Assembly (NCBI GenBank): GCA_016286445.1
Contig: JAEESS010000001.1
Location: 35,736-99,735, forward strand
Source of the DNA: Bacillota bacterium
GTDB lineage: Bacteria; Bacillota; Clostridia; Christensenellales; CAG-138
Length of the DNA: 64,000 nucleotides
Direction: 5' to 3'
The notes under the pieces are model-generated. The model did no database searches, had not been told where the DNA came from, and saw nothing but the letters and a program-made list of their open reading frames with translations. This document shows positions 38,597 through 49,059 of this stretch, piece after piece. The translations under genes were made by a program, and so were the position numbers. Every line of letters begins with the position of its first letter. The first letter of the stretch is position 1.

Positions 38597-38696
38597 TTGA
38601 AATACCTCCTGTTTCATTGTTATCATTATAGCAATCCAAATGAAGAAGGCAAGCTTTTTTGAAAAAGTTTGCCTTGGTTTCACCTCATGTCCATAA

Positions 38697-41381
38697 TTAC
38701 GGCTCTGCGACCAAACGATTGTACTCCGCCAGCAGCGCATCGTATGCGACATGATAATCGTCCGAATTGGACGCTTGACGCATCTGTTCGATCAGATCGT
38801 TCAGACGGATTGCCGTTTCATCCGAAACAGCGTCGTCTTCGGACAAAAGCGCTTCCACGGATTGAATCAGACTCTCCCCCTTTTCCTTCAGCGATTCAAA
38901 GGAGGAATCGACTGTGCATACAGGGAACTCCGCAATAAACTGAGGAACGCTGCGATCGGTGCGGACCCAGGTATCGCCGAACAGCTTATCCAGGATCTGA
39001 TCGTCGAGATCATAGAATTGATTTCCGGGACGCAGAAGCACATAGGTTTTCTGCTCGATGTTGTCCGGATCGCAGTATTTTCCGGCAACGAGACCGGACT
39101 CCTTGCAGATCGAAAGCGTTGCGTGCATGTCGCACGGCTCGGTCGGGACGCTTGCGTAGCTGAACCAATCCGTGACGGCTTTGTATTTGTTGAACGCCTT
39201 TTGAGAATTGCGATAGTGGGCGCATGCGTCCGTTTCAAGCTTGCCCGAAATCGGACATACCGTTCGCTGCAAGAGCCCGAGCGTCGCTTCGTTCTCGCCG
39301 ATGATCGGATTGCTCTCCTCTCCTTCCATCAGCTTCGTCATAAAGAGATTCCACAGTACGGCGGCAAACTTTCCGCCGCTTGCGTTTGTTTCGAGCTTAT
39401 TCACGGGATAGTCGTGCCCGATCCATACAACGGCAGTATACTTGCATGTCATGCCGGCAAAGAATACGCTGGCGTAGTCGGAGTTTGTGCCGGTCTTGCC
39501 CGCAACCTCATATCCTTCGATCCTTGCGCTCTTTCCGGTACCGGTTTCGACGGCATTTTTCAAAAGATCGACCAAAAGATACGGCGTGGAAGCATCGCGG
39601 TACACTCTCGTCTCCCCGCCGCGGATCATATCTGCGCTGAGGATGACGTTTCCGGCATTATCGGTCACCTTGGTGAACGAAAGCGGTTCATTGTAGTATC
39701 CGCCGTTTGCGATCGCGGCGTATGCGGCGCACATCTGGAGCGGCGTAATACCGCTTGTACCGAGCGCAAGTCCCGGACCGTCCTTGTTCAGCTGAGTCTC
39801 TGGAATGCCGAGCCGCTGCATGTATTCGACGGACTGATCGACGCCGACGTATCTGGAGAACAGCAGGCGAGCGGCGACAACGTTCAAAGACTGCGCAAGA
39901 CCGTACCGCAGCGTTACGGGGCCGTAATGGCTCTTGCCGAGACCGCCTTCCGGATACCCCTTTTCTCCGCCCCATCCGGGGATCGCGCCTTCCGTATTGG
40001 CGATGACCGTTGCGGGAGACGCGCCGTTATCGAGCGCGGGTCCGTAAATGCTGAGGGGCTTGATCGAGGAACCGACTTCAACATAGCTCTGCGTTGCGCG
40101 GTTCAGTCCCCTTCGGATCGAAGGTTCATGCCTGCCGCCGATGATTGCGCGGATCTCTCCCGTATACTGATCCATCACGACGGCTGCCGCCTGCGGCTCG
40201 ATGGTTTCGATTGTGATGCTGTCGGAGATTGTTTCGGTGATGGTCTCCTGCGTAGAATCCGCAAGCTTCGGATATCCGTCCCAGCCGGCAAGCTCGTTCT
40301 GTACCGTTTCCTGAACATGCGGATCCAGCGTCGTATAGATGCGGTATCCGCCGGTTCTGAGCTTATTCTCGTAGATCTGGCGGTTTTGGGAATTGTTGAT
40401 CACATGGTCCTGCTCCATCCAGTGCGTAATAACGTCCTCGATGCAGTATTCCACAAAATACGCGTGTTCGTACATACGCGAGTTTTCGGAGAACTGATTG
40501 ATATGCACGTCCTCGTTCAGCGCGGAAAGATACTGCTCGCGTGTGATCTTGTCGTTTTCGTACATACGGGACAGAACCGTGTTGGTTCTGGCGACGGTAT
40601 ATTTTTCGTAAGCGTCTTCGTCTCTTCCGTAGTATTCCCAATAGTAGTTCAGACGTGGATTATACCGGTACGGATTCTGCGTCAGTCCCGCAATCATGGC
40701 GCATTCGCGAATGCTCAGCTCGTTCAGATCCTTGCTGAAATAATCCTTCGCCGCGGTTTTGACGCCGTAGTTCGATCCGCCGAGGTAAATATCGTTCAGA
40801 TACGCTTCAAGGATCGCGTCTTTTTCCATGATTTTTTCGCACTGCAGCGCAAGGAAGGCCTCCTGTACCTTTCGCTTATAGGTGCGCTCCGCGCCGAGGA
40901 CCTTGTTCTTGATCAACTGCTGCGTGATCGTGCTGCCGCCGGAGGAATTGCTGTTTCCGAGAATTTCAAGCGCTGCAGAGAACAGACGTTTGAAATCGAC
41001 GCCGCTGTGCTTGTAAAAACGAACGTCCTCAACGGAGATAAATGCGTTCCGCAGCATTTCCGGAATCTCCTCGAGATCCACCCAGTCGCGGTATTCGATC
41101 GCGGTGATCGACATCAGCTCGTTACCGTTGACATCATAGAGATACGAGGTACGGTCGCTCTTAGTCAGCTGCGCAAGATCAAAGACAGGCGTCGTTTCGA
41201 TGTATGCTTTCAGTACGCCGTAAACAAGTCCTGCGCCTGCCATGCCGACGATCAGAACCGCAACAAGCAGCAGCTTTAAGGATAAAAACAGGACATCCAA
41301 AGCAAACGGCGTCTTGCCGCTGCTCTTTGTGAAGAACGAATCTCTTCCCATATGAACACGTTTTACAGGTTTCTTATCCAT
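38697..41381 (-). CDS. Class A penicillin-binding protein (PBP1A family)
   Basis: EDVRFYKHSGVD, GSTITQQLIKN, RKVQE transglycosylase motifs; SSIK, SLN, KTG transpeptidase motifs. Confidence 0.95.
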   Translation of the reverse strand: MDKKPVKRVHMGRDSFFTKSSGKTPFALDVLFLSLKLLLVAVLIVGMAGAGLVYGVLKAYIETTPVFDLAQLTKSDRTSYLYDVNGNELMSITAIEYRDWVDLEEIPEMLRNAFISVEDVRFYKHSGVDFKRLFSAALEILGNSNSSGGSTITQQLIKNKVLGAERTYKRKVQEAFLALQCEKIMEKDAILEAYLNDIYLGGSNYGVKTAAKDYFSKDLNELSIRECAMIAGLTQNPYRYNPRLNYYWEYYGRDEDAYEKYTVARTNTVLSRMYENDKITREQYLSALNEDVHINQFSENSRMYEHAYFVEYCIEDVITHWMEQDHVINNSQNRQIYENKLRTGGYRIYTTLDPHVQETVQNELAGWDGYPKLADSTQETITETISDSITIETIEPQAAAVVMDQYTGEIRAIIGGRHEPSIRRGLNRATQSYVEVGSSIKPLSIYGPALDNGASPATVIANTEGAIPGWGGEKGYPEGGLGKSHYGPVTLRYGLAQSLNVVAARLLFSRYVGVDQSVEYMQRLGIPETQLNKDGPGLALGTSGITPLQMCAAYAAIANGGYYNEPLSFTKVTDNAGNVILSADMIRGGETRVYRDASTPYLLVDLLKNAVETGTGKSARIEGYEVAGKTGTNSDYASVFFAGMTCKYTAVVWIGHDYPVNKLETNASGGKFAAVLWNLFMTKLMEGEESNPIIGENEATLGLLQRTVCPISGKLETDACAHYRNSQKAFNKYKAVTDWFSYASVPTEPCDMHATLSICKESGLVAGKYCDPDNIEQKTYVLLRPGNQFYDLDDQILDKLFGDTWVRTDRSVPQFIAEFPVCTVDSSFESLKEKGESLIQSVEALLSEDDAVSDETAIRLNDLIEQMRQASNSDDYHVAYDALLAEYNRLVAEP

Positions 41382-41505
41382 GCGATCAGTATACCATACT
41401 TTTGCCGATTTGAAGATGTTTTTTGTTTTATTCACAAAAATAACACCTTCCGATGAAAAAAACACTTGCCTTTTTCGTCGCTTTGCCGTATAATAAGCTT
41501 CGCTC

Positions 41506-41582
41506 GGGGCTTTAGCGAAGTTGGCTATCGCGCTACACTGGCAGTGTAGAGATCAGGGGTTCGAATCCCCTAAGCTCCACCA
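41506..41582 (+). tRNA. tRNA-Ala(GGC)
   Basis: Acceptor GGGGCTT/AAGCTCC with G3:U70, anticodon loop CTGGCAG, T-arm AGGGG-TTCGAAT-CCCCT, CCA; TATAAT upstream and terminator downstream. Confidence 0.96.
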
Positions 41583-41622
41583 CAGCAGCCAAAACCGGCT
41601 GCTTTTTTGATGCAAAGGAATC

Positions 41623-42126
41623 TCAGAGCGGCTGCACAGCGGTATTGCAATAACGCAGGAATCGAAAAGCAACGTCGTTTTCAACCTGCTTTTCCCCGAC
41701 GTCCCGCAGCACCCAATTCGGCATTCGATTCAGATCCGGGAAAAACCGGTCCGCGTGATCGTCGATATAAGTCAGCGTTACGAGCGCTTCGGAGCAATAA
41801 GGAAGCAGCAGGCGGTAGATCTGTTCTCCTCCGCATACAAACACCGTTTCGGGATCGCGGCAGGAAAGGATGTCTTTCAGCTCCGTGGGATCGTGCGCGA
41901 TAACGGCGCCTTCCGCACGGAAAGCCGGATCCCGTGTCAGGATGATATTCTCCCGGTTTGGAAGCGGTTTGCCGTTTGGAAACGTTTCCAGCGTTTTTCT
42001 GCCGATGATGACCGTGTTGCCGGTCGTCAGCGCGCGGAAACGACGCATATCGGAACGGATACGCACCAAAAGACGGTTTTCGCTTCCGATCCCCCACCGG
42101 GGATTCACATTGACTACAGCTCGCAT
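41623..42126 (-). CDS. folA: Dihydrofolate reductase
   Basis: WGIG..DMRRFR, IIGRKTLE, PLPNRENIILT, VCGGEQIY, ADRFFP. Confidence 0.95.
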   Translation of the reverse strand: MRAVVNVNPRWGIGSENRLLVRIRSDMRRFRALTTGNTVIIGRKTLETFPNGKPLPNRENIILTRDPAFRAEGAVIAHDPTELKDILSCRDPETVFVCGGEQIYRLLLPYCSEALVTLTYIDDHADRFFPDLNRMPNWVLRDVGEKQVENDVAFRFLRYCNTAVQPL

Positions 42127-42130
42127 GCTT

Positions 42131-42961
42131 TTATACCGCCACGGGGATCTTGTCCTCAAACGGATGATACCGGTAATCCTCAACCTTGAAGCTCTTTGTC
42201 GTAAACCCGTAAAAATCTTTGACGTCCGGATCAATGGAGAATGAGGGCGCGTCGTACGGTTCGAGCGCGATCATTTTCCGCACCATCTCTACATGACGGT
42301 CATAGATGTGACAGTCTGCAATGACGTGTACAAGCTCGCCGGGTTCCAGACCGGATACCTGCGCAAACATGTGGACCAGCGCGGCGTACTGTACGACGTT
42401 CCAGTTGTTTGCGGTCAGCATATCCTGAGAACGCTGATTCAGGATCGCGTTCAGCTTGTTTCCGGATACATTGAACGTCATGCTGTATGCGCAAGGATAC
42501 AGATGCATTTCGTGCAGGTCTTCAAAATTGTACAGATTCGTGAGGATCCTGCGGCTTGCGGGATCATGCTTGAGAAGATACAGAACGCGGTCGACCTGAT
42601 CGAAGGTTCCCTCCGGATACGAATGCTTTTGTGCAAGCTGATACCCGTAAGCCTTGCCGATCGAGCCGGTTTCATCCGCCCAGCTGTCCCAGATATGGCT
42701 TCCAAGATCATGTACGTTGTTAGACTTCTTCTGCCAGATCCAAAGAAGCTCGTCAATACAGGACTTCCAGTAGGTGCGCCGCAGGGTCATGATCGGGAAT
42801 TCTTTGGAAAGGTCGTAACGGTTGACGATCCCGAACAGCTTGATCGTGTGCGCGGGCGTTCCGTCTTCCCATCTCGGACGGACATCGCGGTCGGTGTCCC
42901 AGACGCCTTCGTTCAGGATCCGCTTGCAGTTTTCTATGTAGACAGTGTCTGCGTAACTCAT
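42131..42961 (-). CDS. thyA: Thymidylate synthase
   Basis: IWDSWAD, AYGYQ, PASRRI, LYPCA, NQRSQD, HIYDRH. Confidence 0.96.
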   Translation of the reverse strand: MSYADTVYIENCKRILNEGVWDTDRDVRPRWEDGTPAHTIKLFGIVNRYDLSKEFPIMTLRRTYWKSCIDELLWIWQKKSNNVHDLGSHIWDSWADETGSIGKAYGYQLAQKHSYPEGTFDQVDRVLYLLKHDPASRRILTNLYNFEDLHEMHLYPCAYSMTFNVSGNKLNAILNQRSQDMLTANNWNVVQYAALVHMFAQVSGLEPGELVHVIADCHIYDRHVEMVRKMIALEPYDAPSFSIDPDVKDFYGFTTKSFKVEDYRYHPFEDKIPVAV

Positions 42962-43022
42962 CAAAAAACCTCCGGGCTATGATACGGTATTATATCACAA
43001 TCGGAGATTTACGCAAGAATTA

Positions 43023-43490
43023 TCAGGTTTTTGTTATAAAAACATGTGTGCATTTTGAGCACGTCACACGGATCTTTCCCTTATGCCGCGGCGCGCGGAT
43101 CATTTGCCTGCACTGCGGACAGCGAAAGTACTTGAATGTTTTGCGATCCTTCCAGCGCTGCTTCAGCGAAGCAAATCTGCGTTCGCATTTCTGTACACGG
43201 TACAGATACCGCGTGTTTTCTTTCTGACGCTTTGCAACGTTCCTCGAAAACACACGGAAGATCCACAGCCCCATCAATAAAAGTCCGATCCCGTATGTCA
43301 CATAATACAGAATGCGAAACACAAGCGCTCCCGTCGGCGCCGCATGCCTAAGACAAATGACGGAAATAAAAGTAAACAGGATCGCAACAATAAGACAGCC
43401 GAAGCTGAGCTTGTTCAAACACTTTGCAAGCGCGTCGACACCGTTGCGTCCCTGCATGAACCGATACAAACGTTCACGAAACCGCATCAC
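43023..43490 (-). CDS. Membrane protein with C-terminal zinc ribbon
   Basis: RFMQGRNGVD start, 2 TM, CPQC...CSKC. Confidence 0.8.
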   Translation of the reverse strand: MMRFRERLYRFMQGRNGVDALAKCLNKLSFGCLIVAILFTFISVICLRHAAPTGALVFRILYYVTYGIGLLLMGLWIFRVFSRNVAKRQKENTRYLYRVQKCERRFASLKQRWKDRKTFKYFRCPQCRQMIRAPRHKGKIRVTCSKCTHVFITKT

Positions 43491-44051
43491 TCATTCTCCT
43501 CTCAAAACAGTTTCCGAAATGACATAAGGGTTCGCCTCCGAACTCTCCGATCCGAAAAGCGGATAATAGCAGGTATAGAGACATCCGTTAACGACACACC
43601 TTGCGAACAGAAAGACCATTAAGAAGGAAAGGATCAAAAACAGGATCCGAACGCTGCGGAACCGGTAGGTATTCGCGCGCTTCTGACTGCTTTCTTCAAA
43701 AATCGATCCCCAGCCGAAGGGCGGCTCGTTTGTATCGTTGTTCTGCCCGCCGGTGTAGGAACCGCCGTAATACCCCTGCCCGGTCCGATGGTAGTTCTGC
43801 CACGGATCCGCGCCGTAGGTATACTGCTGATACGCCTGCCTTTTGGATTCGTTCCGATAAGCTTCCCGCTTTTCGGCGGTTTTGATCTGATCGTACGCGA
43901 CGTTGACGTCGTTCATCTTTGCCGCGGCGGAATGGTCTCCGGGATTCAGGTCGGGATGGTACTGCTTGGCAAGTCTGCGATACGCAGCGCGGATTTCTTC
44001 ATCCGTTGCGTTTTCGGAGACGCCGAGCACCGTATACGGATTCTTCGCCAT
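43491..44051 (-). CDS. J-domain (DnaJ-like) membrane protein
   Basis: NPYTVLGV..AYRRLAKQYHPDLN; C-terminal TM. Confidence 0.9.
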   Translation of the reverse strand: MAKNPYTVLGVSENATDEEIRAAYRRLAKQYHPDLNPGDHSAAAKMNDVNVAYDQIKTAEKREAYRNESKRQAYQQYTYGADPWQNYHRTGQGYYGGSYTGGQNNDTNEPPFGWGSIFEESSQKRANTYRFRSVRILFLILSFLMVFLFARCVVNGCLYTCYYPLFGSESSEANPYVISETVLRGE

Positions 44052-44244
44052 CGAAACCGATCCCCTTCCTGTTGATTTCCTGTTTATGTTAACCAATTTT
44101 CACGGGTTCGTCAATGCAGTTCACAAGATTGTTGCATTTTATGCACGTTTCGGTTGATATTTGATGACTTTACAGGGTGAAATCGGTTATTCAAATTGAC
44201 ATGTGCTTGATCTCATGGTATAATTTTATAAGGAGGAGATTACG

Positions 44245-45105
44245 ATGAATCCAGTAAAATTGATTGCAGACAGCTCCTGCGATATCGGTCCGGAGCTTGC
44301 CGAACGATACAATGTGGATTTTGTTCACATTCATGTCCGTATCAACGGAAACGAGTATCTTGACGGCGTTAATATTTCCTATAAAGAAATCTACGATAAC
44401 TACGAACAGAATCGCACGCTGCCAAGCACCTGCGCGATGAATATTGACGAATACGCAGCCGTATTCCGTCCGTACATCGAAGCGGGTTATGACATCGTAC
44501 ACGTTTCTCTCGGAAGCGGACTTTCCTCTACCTGTTCCAACGCGCGGCTTGCCGGCGAGTTGTTCGATCCCGGCAGAGTATATGTGATCGACTCAAAGAG
44601 CCTCTCCACCGGAAGCGGACATATCGTATGCGAATGCGGCGAACGCATACGGAAAGGAATGAGCGCAAAGCAGGTCTATGAAGAGGTTGTACCGATCACG
44701 GACAAGGTCAGCGCATCCTTTATTTTGGATGATCTGAAATACCTGCATGCGGGCGGACGCTGCTCCGGCCTTGCGCAGTTCGGCGCTTCGCTGATGAATA
44801 TCAAGCCCTGCATCGTGGTTCGCAACGAGCTGTTCGGTTCGATGACCGTCGGCAAAAAATACATGGGCTCCTACAAGAGAAGCGCGCTGAAGTATGTCGA
44901 AAACATGATCAAAGACCGCACGGATATCGTTCTTGATCGCTGCTTCATCACCCACTCCGGTTCCGACCCCGAAGTGCTTCAGGCGATGAAGGAGCTTGCG
45001 ATGCAGCTGCAGCCGTTTAAGGAGATTCATATTACACAGGCAAGCGCAACAATCTGCGCGCACTGCGGTCCGAACACGACAGGCATTCTCTTTATCACAA
45101 AATGA
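44245..45105 (+). CDS. DegV family fatty-acid binding protein
   Basis: IADSSCD, SGLSST, IDSKSLSTG, GGRCS, NIKP, AHCGPNT. Confidence 0.94.
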   Translation: MNPVKLIADSSCDIGPELAERYNVDFVHIHVRINGNEYLDGVNISYKEIYDNYEQNRTLPSTCAMNIDEYAAVFRPYIEAGYDIVHVSLGSGLSSTCSNARLAGELFDPGRVYVIDSKSLSTGSGHIVCECGERIRKGMSAKQVYEEVVPITDKVSASFILDDLKYLHAGGRCSGLAQFGASLMNIKPCIVVRNELFGSMTVGKKYMGSYKRSALKYVENMIKDRTDIVLDRCFITHSGSDPEVLQAMKELAMQLQPFKEIHITQASATICAHCGPNTTGILFITK

Positions 45106-47471
45106 TCAAGGCAATTCTATTTACTGCATTGTTTGCGATCTCGGGGATCATAATCTCCGAGGTCGTGTTTGCAAAACACAAGTTTCCGAACCGTATCTGG
45201 CTCGGACTCGCGCTCGGGCTATTGATGCTGACGTGGCTCCCCTCCCTGTTTGCTTTGGCTGTCGGGTTTACGGTCGCTGCGCAGATTCTTGCGGCATCAA
45301 CGGCAGTGATCAGCGCCGCCGCCTGTACCGTTGTTTTGCTGGCTCGCAGAAAGCACGGCAGAAAAAACGTATATCGGATCGGAAAGGATTGGACGTTTTT
45401 GATTCTTGCGCTGCCGATCCTTGCGCTTTGCTGTGTGCTTCTAAATACGCATGTGCTGTATCGCCATGCGGACGGCAGCCTTTGGGTCGGGCAGGTCACA
45501 TACGGCGATCTTGCGATGCATCTCGGGTTTATCACAAGCATTGCGGAACAAACGCAGTTTCCGCCGCAGTACAGCATTTTTCCGGGACATGCGCTGAATT
45601 ATCCGTTTTTGTGCGAAACATCGGGAGCATCCCTGTTTCAGCTCGGCGCGACTGCCCGGCAGGCTTATATCCTTTCCGCAGTTTACGCGTTTGTGCTCGT
45701 TGTATTCGGTGTATTCCGCTTCTTTGAACAATGGCTGAAGCGCCGTCCGCGCGCAGTTCTGGCAACGATTCTGTTCTTCTTCGGCGGTGGCTTCGGATTC
45801 TTTTACTTCTTCGATCTGGCGAAAACCGGAGGACTGCTCCCCTCTCTGCTCGGGAACAACGGACAGACCGTGTCGCAGATGCTGCTGGACGGATTCTATC
45901 TGACGCCGACCAATATTCCGGCGCTCGGTCTTCGATGGGTCAATCCGATCGTGGATATGCTGATTCCGCAGCGCGCTACACTGTTCGGATGGGCGTTCCT
46001 GTTCCCCTGCCTGTATCTGCTGCATGGATTTGCATTTGAGAAAAAACGGGAAAACATTCTTCCGCTCGGCGTGATCGCGGGGCTGATGCCGCTTATTCAT
46101 ACGCATTCCTTCCTTGCGCTCGGCATCGTCAGCGCAGTCTACTGCATTACGGATCTGATCACGGTTCGGTTTGAAAAAAAACGTTTGATCGGTTGGGGAC
46201 TGTACGCCGTGACTGCGTGCCTGATCGCAGCGCCGCAGCTCGTTCTGTTCACGTTCCGCCAAACGGCGGAAAGCGGGATGGTCCGGTTCCATCTGAACTG
46301 GGCGAACGAGGCGGATTCGTATCTGTGGTTCTATATCAAAAATCTCGGATGGATCTTCCTGCTTGCGCCGATAGCGTTTTTGATCCTTCCCAAAAGGGAC
46401 AAGAAGATCTACGCAGGCGCGCTGCTGATTTTTGTCATCGCGGAACTGATTGAGTTTCAGCCCAACGATTATGACAACAACAAGCTGCTGTTTGTCTGGT
46501 ACGCGTTCACATGCGGTCTTGTATCAAAAGCGCTCACAGTGATCGGAAAGCGCGTGTCAAATACGGTTCGCCGTGCATACAAGCCAGAAGATCGGTTCAG
46601 AACGAACGAGATCTGCATTGCCTGCATCACCGGTGCGTTTCTCCTGTATTTCTTGTTCAAGCTGGCGTTTGATGCGGAAAACGGCGTTATGCTGCGTCCG
46701 GGAACGGCGCTGACGCTGTTCTTCTCCTCCGGCTTGCTCTTTACATTCTGCATGTTCGCGATCGGGAACGCGCATGCCGATCGGAAAAACGGACTTCGGA
46801 TCCTCGCGCCGCTCGTGTTATCCGTATGGATGATGACGCTGCTGTTTGTCGTCTGGATCCTGGAATACCGCAGCGGCGAGTATGCATTCGGCAAATTCCA
46901 TGCAATGCTCGCTTCCGTCCTCTGTCTGCTGTCGCTGATCCTCTTTGCCTGGGGCATGGTTTCGGACGCTGCCTTCGCGCATACAAAGACGCGATTTTCC
47001 GGCGCATCCGCTGCGCTTGCCATCGGAACGTTCGTGCTCCTGTTTTCCATGACAGCTTCGTCTGTGATGACTATCATCCGGGAATGCAGAAGCGAATATC
47101 AGGTATACACAAAAAACGAAGCGGAGCTTTCCGAACAGATTCATGACGCGACCTCGCCGGATGATGTGATCCTTGCGAACAGCTATCACTGGAACCTCAT
47201 CACGCCGCTGACAGGACGCAGTATCGTAACAGGCACGGGAACGTTTTTGTATTATCATGGGATCGACACCTCTGAGCGTGAGATGCATGTAGCCGAAATG
47301 TACGAGCATCCCGCCGACAACACAGAGCTGTTCAGACAGTACGGCATACGGTACGTCCTGATCTCCAATGCCGAACGCGGCAGTTACGAGATCGATTATG
47401 CATACTTCAATTCGCATGGAGAGATTGCCGCCCAAAATGATTCGGGCGTGCTGTATCGGATTGATCCGTGA
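45102..47471 (+). CDS. Large polytopic membrane protein, possibly GT-C fold glycosyltransferase
   Basis: Many TM helices, YGDLAMH, YPFL, C-terminal soluble domain (LTGRSIV, YGIRYVLI). Confidence 0.65.
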   Translation: MIKAILFTALFAISGIIISEVVFAKHKFPNRIWLGLALGLLMLTWLPSLFALAVGFTVAAQILAASTAVISAAACTVVLLARRKHGRKNVYRIGKDWTFLILALPILALCCVLLNTHVLYRHADGSLWVGQVTYGDLAMHLGFITSIAEQTQFPPQYSIFPGHALNYPFLCETSGASLFQLGATARQAYILSAVYAFVLVVFGVFRFFEQWLKRRPRAVLATILFFFGGGFGFFYFFDLAKTGGLLPSLLGNNGQTVSQMLLDGFYLTPTNIPALGLRWVNPIVDMLIPQRATLFGWAFLFPCLYLLHGFAFEKKRENILPLGVIAGLMPLIHTHSFLALGIVSAVYCITDLITVRFEKKRLIGWGLYAVTACLIAAPQLVLFTFRQTAESGMVRFHLNWANEADSYLWFYIKNLGWIFLLAPIAFLILPKRDKKIYAGALLIFVIAELIEFQPNDYDNNKLLFVWYAFTCGLVSKALTVIGKRVSNTVRRAYKPEDRFRTNEICIACITGAFLLYFLFKLAFDAENGVMLRPGTALTLFFSSGLLFTFCMFAIGNAHADRKNGLRILAPLVLSVWMMTLLFVVWILEYRSGEYAFGKFHAMLASVLCLLSLILFAWGMVSDAAFAHTKTRFSGASAALAIGTFVLLFSMTASSVMTIIRECRSEYQVYTKNEAELSEQIHDATSPDDVILANSYHWNLITPLTGRSIVTGTGTFLYYHGIDTSEREMHVAEMYEHPADNTELFRQYGIRYVLISNAERGSYEIDYAYFNSHGEIAAQNDSGVLYRIDP

Positions 47472-47481
47472 TTCCGAAACA

Positions 47482-47515
47482 AAAGAGCGGTCGGATGCTG
47501 TTCCGACCGCTTTTT
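47482..47515. terminator. Bidirectional terminator between convergent genes
   Basis: AGCGGTCGGA/TCCGACCGCT stem with A and T flanks. Confidence 0.75.
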
Positions 47516-47533
47516 GCTGTTGATGATCATTCT

Positions 47534-48685
47534 TTATAGCGAACACTGATGGGACAGATACATCTGATACCCGAGCATTCCCACCTCGACAGCTGCGGCG
47601 ACCTTTGCCGCACAGGAAGGCTTTGCACCGTCACAGACGATACACGGCGCGGCGGCGACGGCATTTTCATACGTCGACAGAATCGCGGATTCGTCACCGC
47701 CCAAAAGATAGGCGATCCCGGCGCCGGCAGCGCAGCCAGCGCCGATCACTCCGCAGGAAGAAGGCGTTTGTTCCGAACCGTATCTTTGATAAACCGCAAG
47801 AAGATCCGAAAGAATCAGAGCTCGGTACAAACGATCCTTGTCGATGCCGTGATGTTTTGCAAAGCAAATGACGGGCACGGAAGCGGCAATACCCTTGCTT
47901 GCCGACCCGCATAGACCGGCGACCGGCAAATCGCATCCGCTCATGCGCGCGTCGCAGCCGGCGGCGGCATAGGCTTTCGCCGTTGTTTTCGGATCGGAAG
48001 GATGCTCCTTAAGTAAGAGCTTTCCGATGTTCATCCCGTAATCGTTCCGAAGTCCTTCGGCAGAGACCGCCGAATTATACTCGATCTGCAGATCGAGAAG
48101 ATCCCGCACACCGGAAAGATCCGCATTTTCTGCGAATACAAGGATATCGTGTGGATTCAGACAGGATCGATCCGGGGCGCTGTCGTCGGACTGCACGGCG
48201 ATCGGACGCTTCAAAAGCGGTTCGCCGTTTTTCATGATCTCAACAATATTGGAATGACCGTTTGCAATTACGACGCGGGTATAGGATGTTCTTGCATAGA
48301 GCGTCACACTGATATAGAGCGGACAGTCCGTTTCCGCACAGGATACGTCGATATTGACCAATTCCATAAAGCGGACGATAGCGGTGCGCTGTTCCTCGGA
48401 AAGCGCGTCGATCGCATGAACGCCTTTCTCGGCGTCCCCGCATACGATCCCAGCCGCTACCGCAGCACAAATGCCTTTGAGACCGTTCGTGTTCGGAACT
48501 ACAACGCTCTTTGCGTTCTTCAGAATCTCCGCGCTGACGGAAACCGTCGCGGCGGTCGGCTGCATGCCGAGGACCTGATGCGCTTTGGCGGCACAGAACG
48601 CAATGGAGATCGGCTCCGTACAGCCGGACGCAGGCGTGATCTCCTCCCGGAGGATCTTGGTGTATATCTCTTGAAAGGGTTCCAT
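47534..48685 (-). CDS. Serine dehydratase alpha-like / cysteine desulfidase (YhaM/CdsB family), divergent
   Basis: PASGCTEPISIA, KNAKSVVVP, DARMSGC, CDGAKPSCAAK. Confidence 0.8.
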   Translation of the reverse strand: MEPFQEIYTKILREEITPASGCTEPISIAFCAAKAHQVLGMQPTAATVSVSAEILKNAKSVVVPNTNGLKGICAAVAAGIVCGDAEKGVHAIDALSEEQRTAIVRFMELVNIDVSCAETDCPLYISVTLYARTSYTRVVIANGHSNIVEIMKNGEPLLKRPIAVQSDDSAPDRSCLNPHDILVFAENADLSGVRDLLDLQIEYNSAVSAEGLRNDYGMNIGKLLLKEHPSDPKTTAKAYAAAGCDARMSGCDLPVAGLCGSASKGIAASVPVICFAKHHGIDKDRLYRALILSDLLAVYQRYGSEQTPSSCGVIGAGCAAGAGIAYLLGGDESAILSTYENAVAAAPCIVCDGAKPSCAAKVAAAVEVGMLGYQMYLSHQCSL

Positions 48686-48712
48686 AGTTCTCCCCTGTCC
48701 TGTCCGTAAAAA

Positions 48713-49055
48713 TGACGGTGAGCAAGCCGTAAGCCGAGTTCTGTCTAAGGACGATCATCTATCTAGACGATCCGTTGCCGGACCGTTCAAGCGATTATCA
48801 AGAGCGTAGCGGGCAGCTATTGAATGCTCTCATTCCAATCTTGCACCGAGTGGGGTTTACAGAACGGACAAGTCGCCATGCCGTTGGTGAGCTCTTACCT
48901 CGCCTTTCCATCCTTACCCGAAAAACGGGCGGTATCTCTCTGTTGCACTATCCTTGAAGTCGCCTTCACCGGGCGTTACCCGGCACTCTGCCCTGTGGTG
49001 CTCGGACTTTCCTCACCTCAAAATGAGCCGCGATCGTCTGTCTTACTCACCGTCA
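48713..49055 (-). ncRNA. rnpB: RNase P RNA, bacterial type A
   Basis: GAGGAAAGTCCGAGC, AGTGCAACAGAGAG, GGTAAGAGC, ACAGAACTCGGCTTAC conserved motifs; ends pair (TGACGGTGAG/CTCACCGTCA). Confidence 0.96.
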
Positions 49056-49059
49056 AATG

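Noticed and set aside
38751-41279. 842 aa + strand ORF, and similar long antisense ORFs (312-2099, 3294-5039, 11280-12974, 28742-30391, 52993-54441, 54338-55978)
   Set aside because: Shadow frames opposite well-supported genes in GC-rich DNA; no motifs or RBS.
41506-41610. tRNA-Ala (and tRNA-Pro) as integration sites
   Set aside because: No duplicated tRNA 3' ends or foreign DNA downstream.
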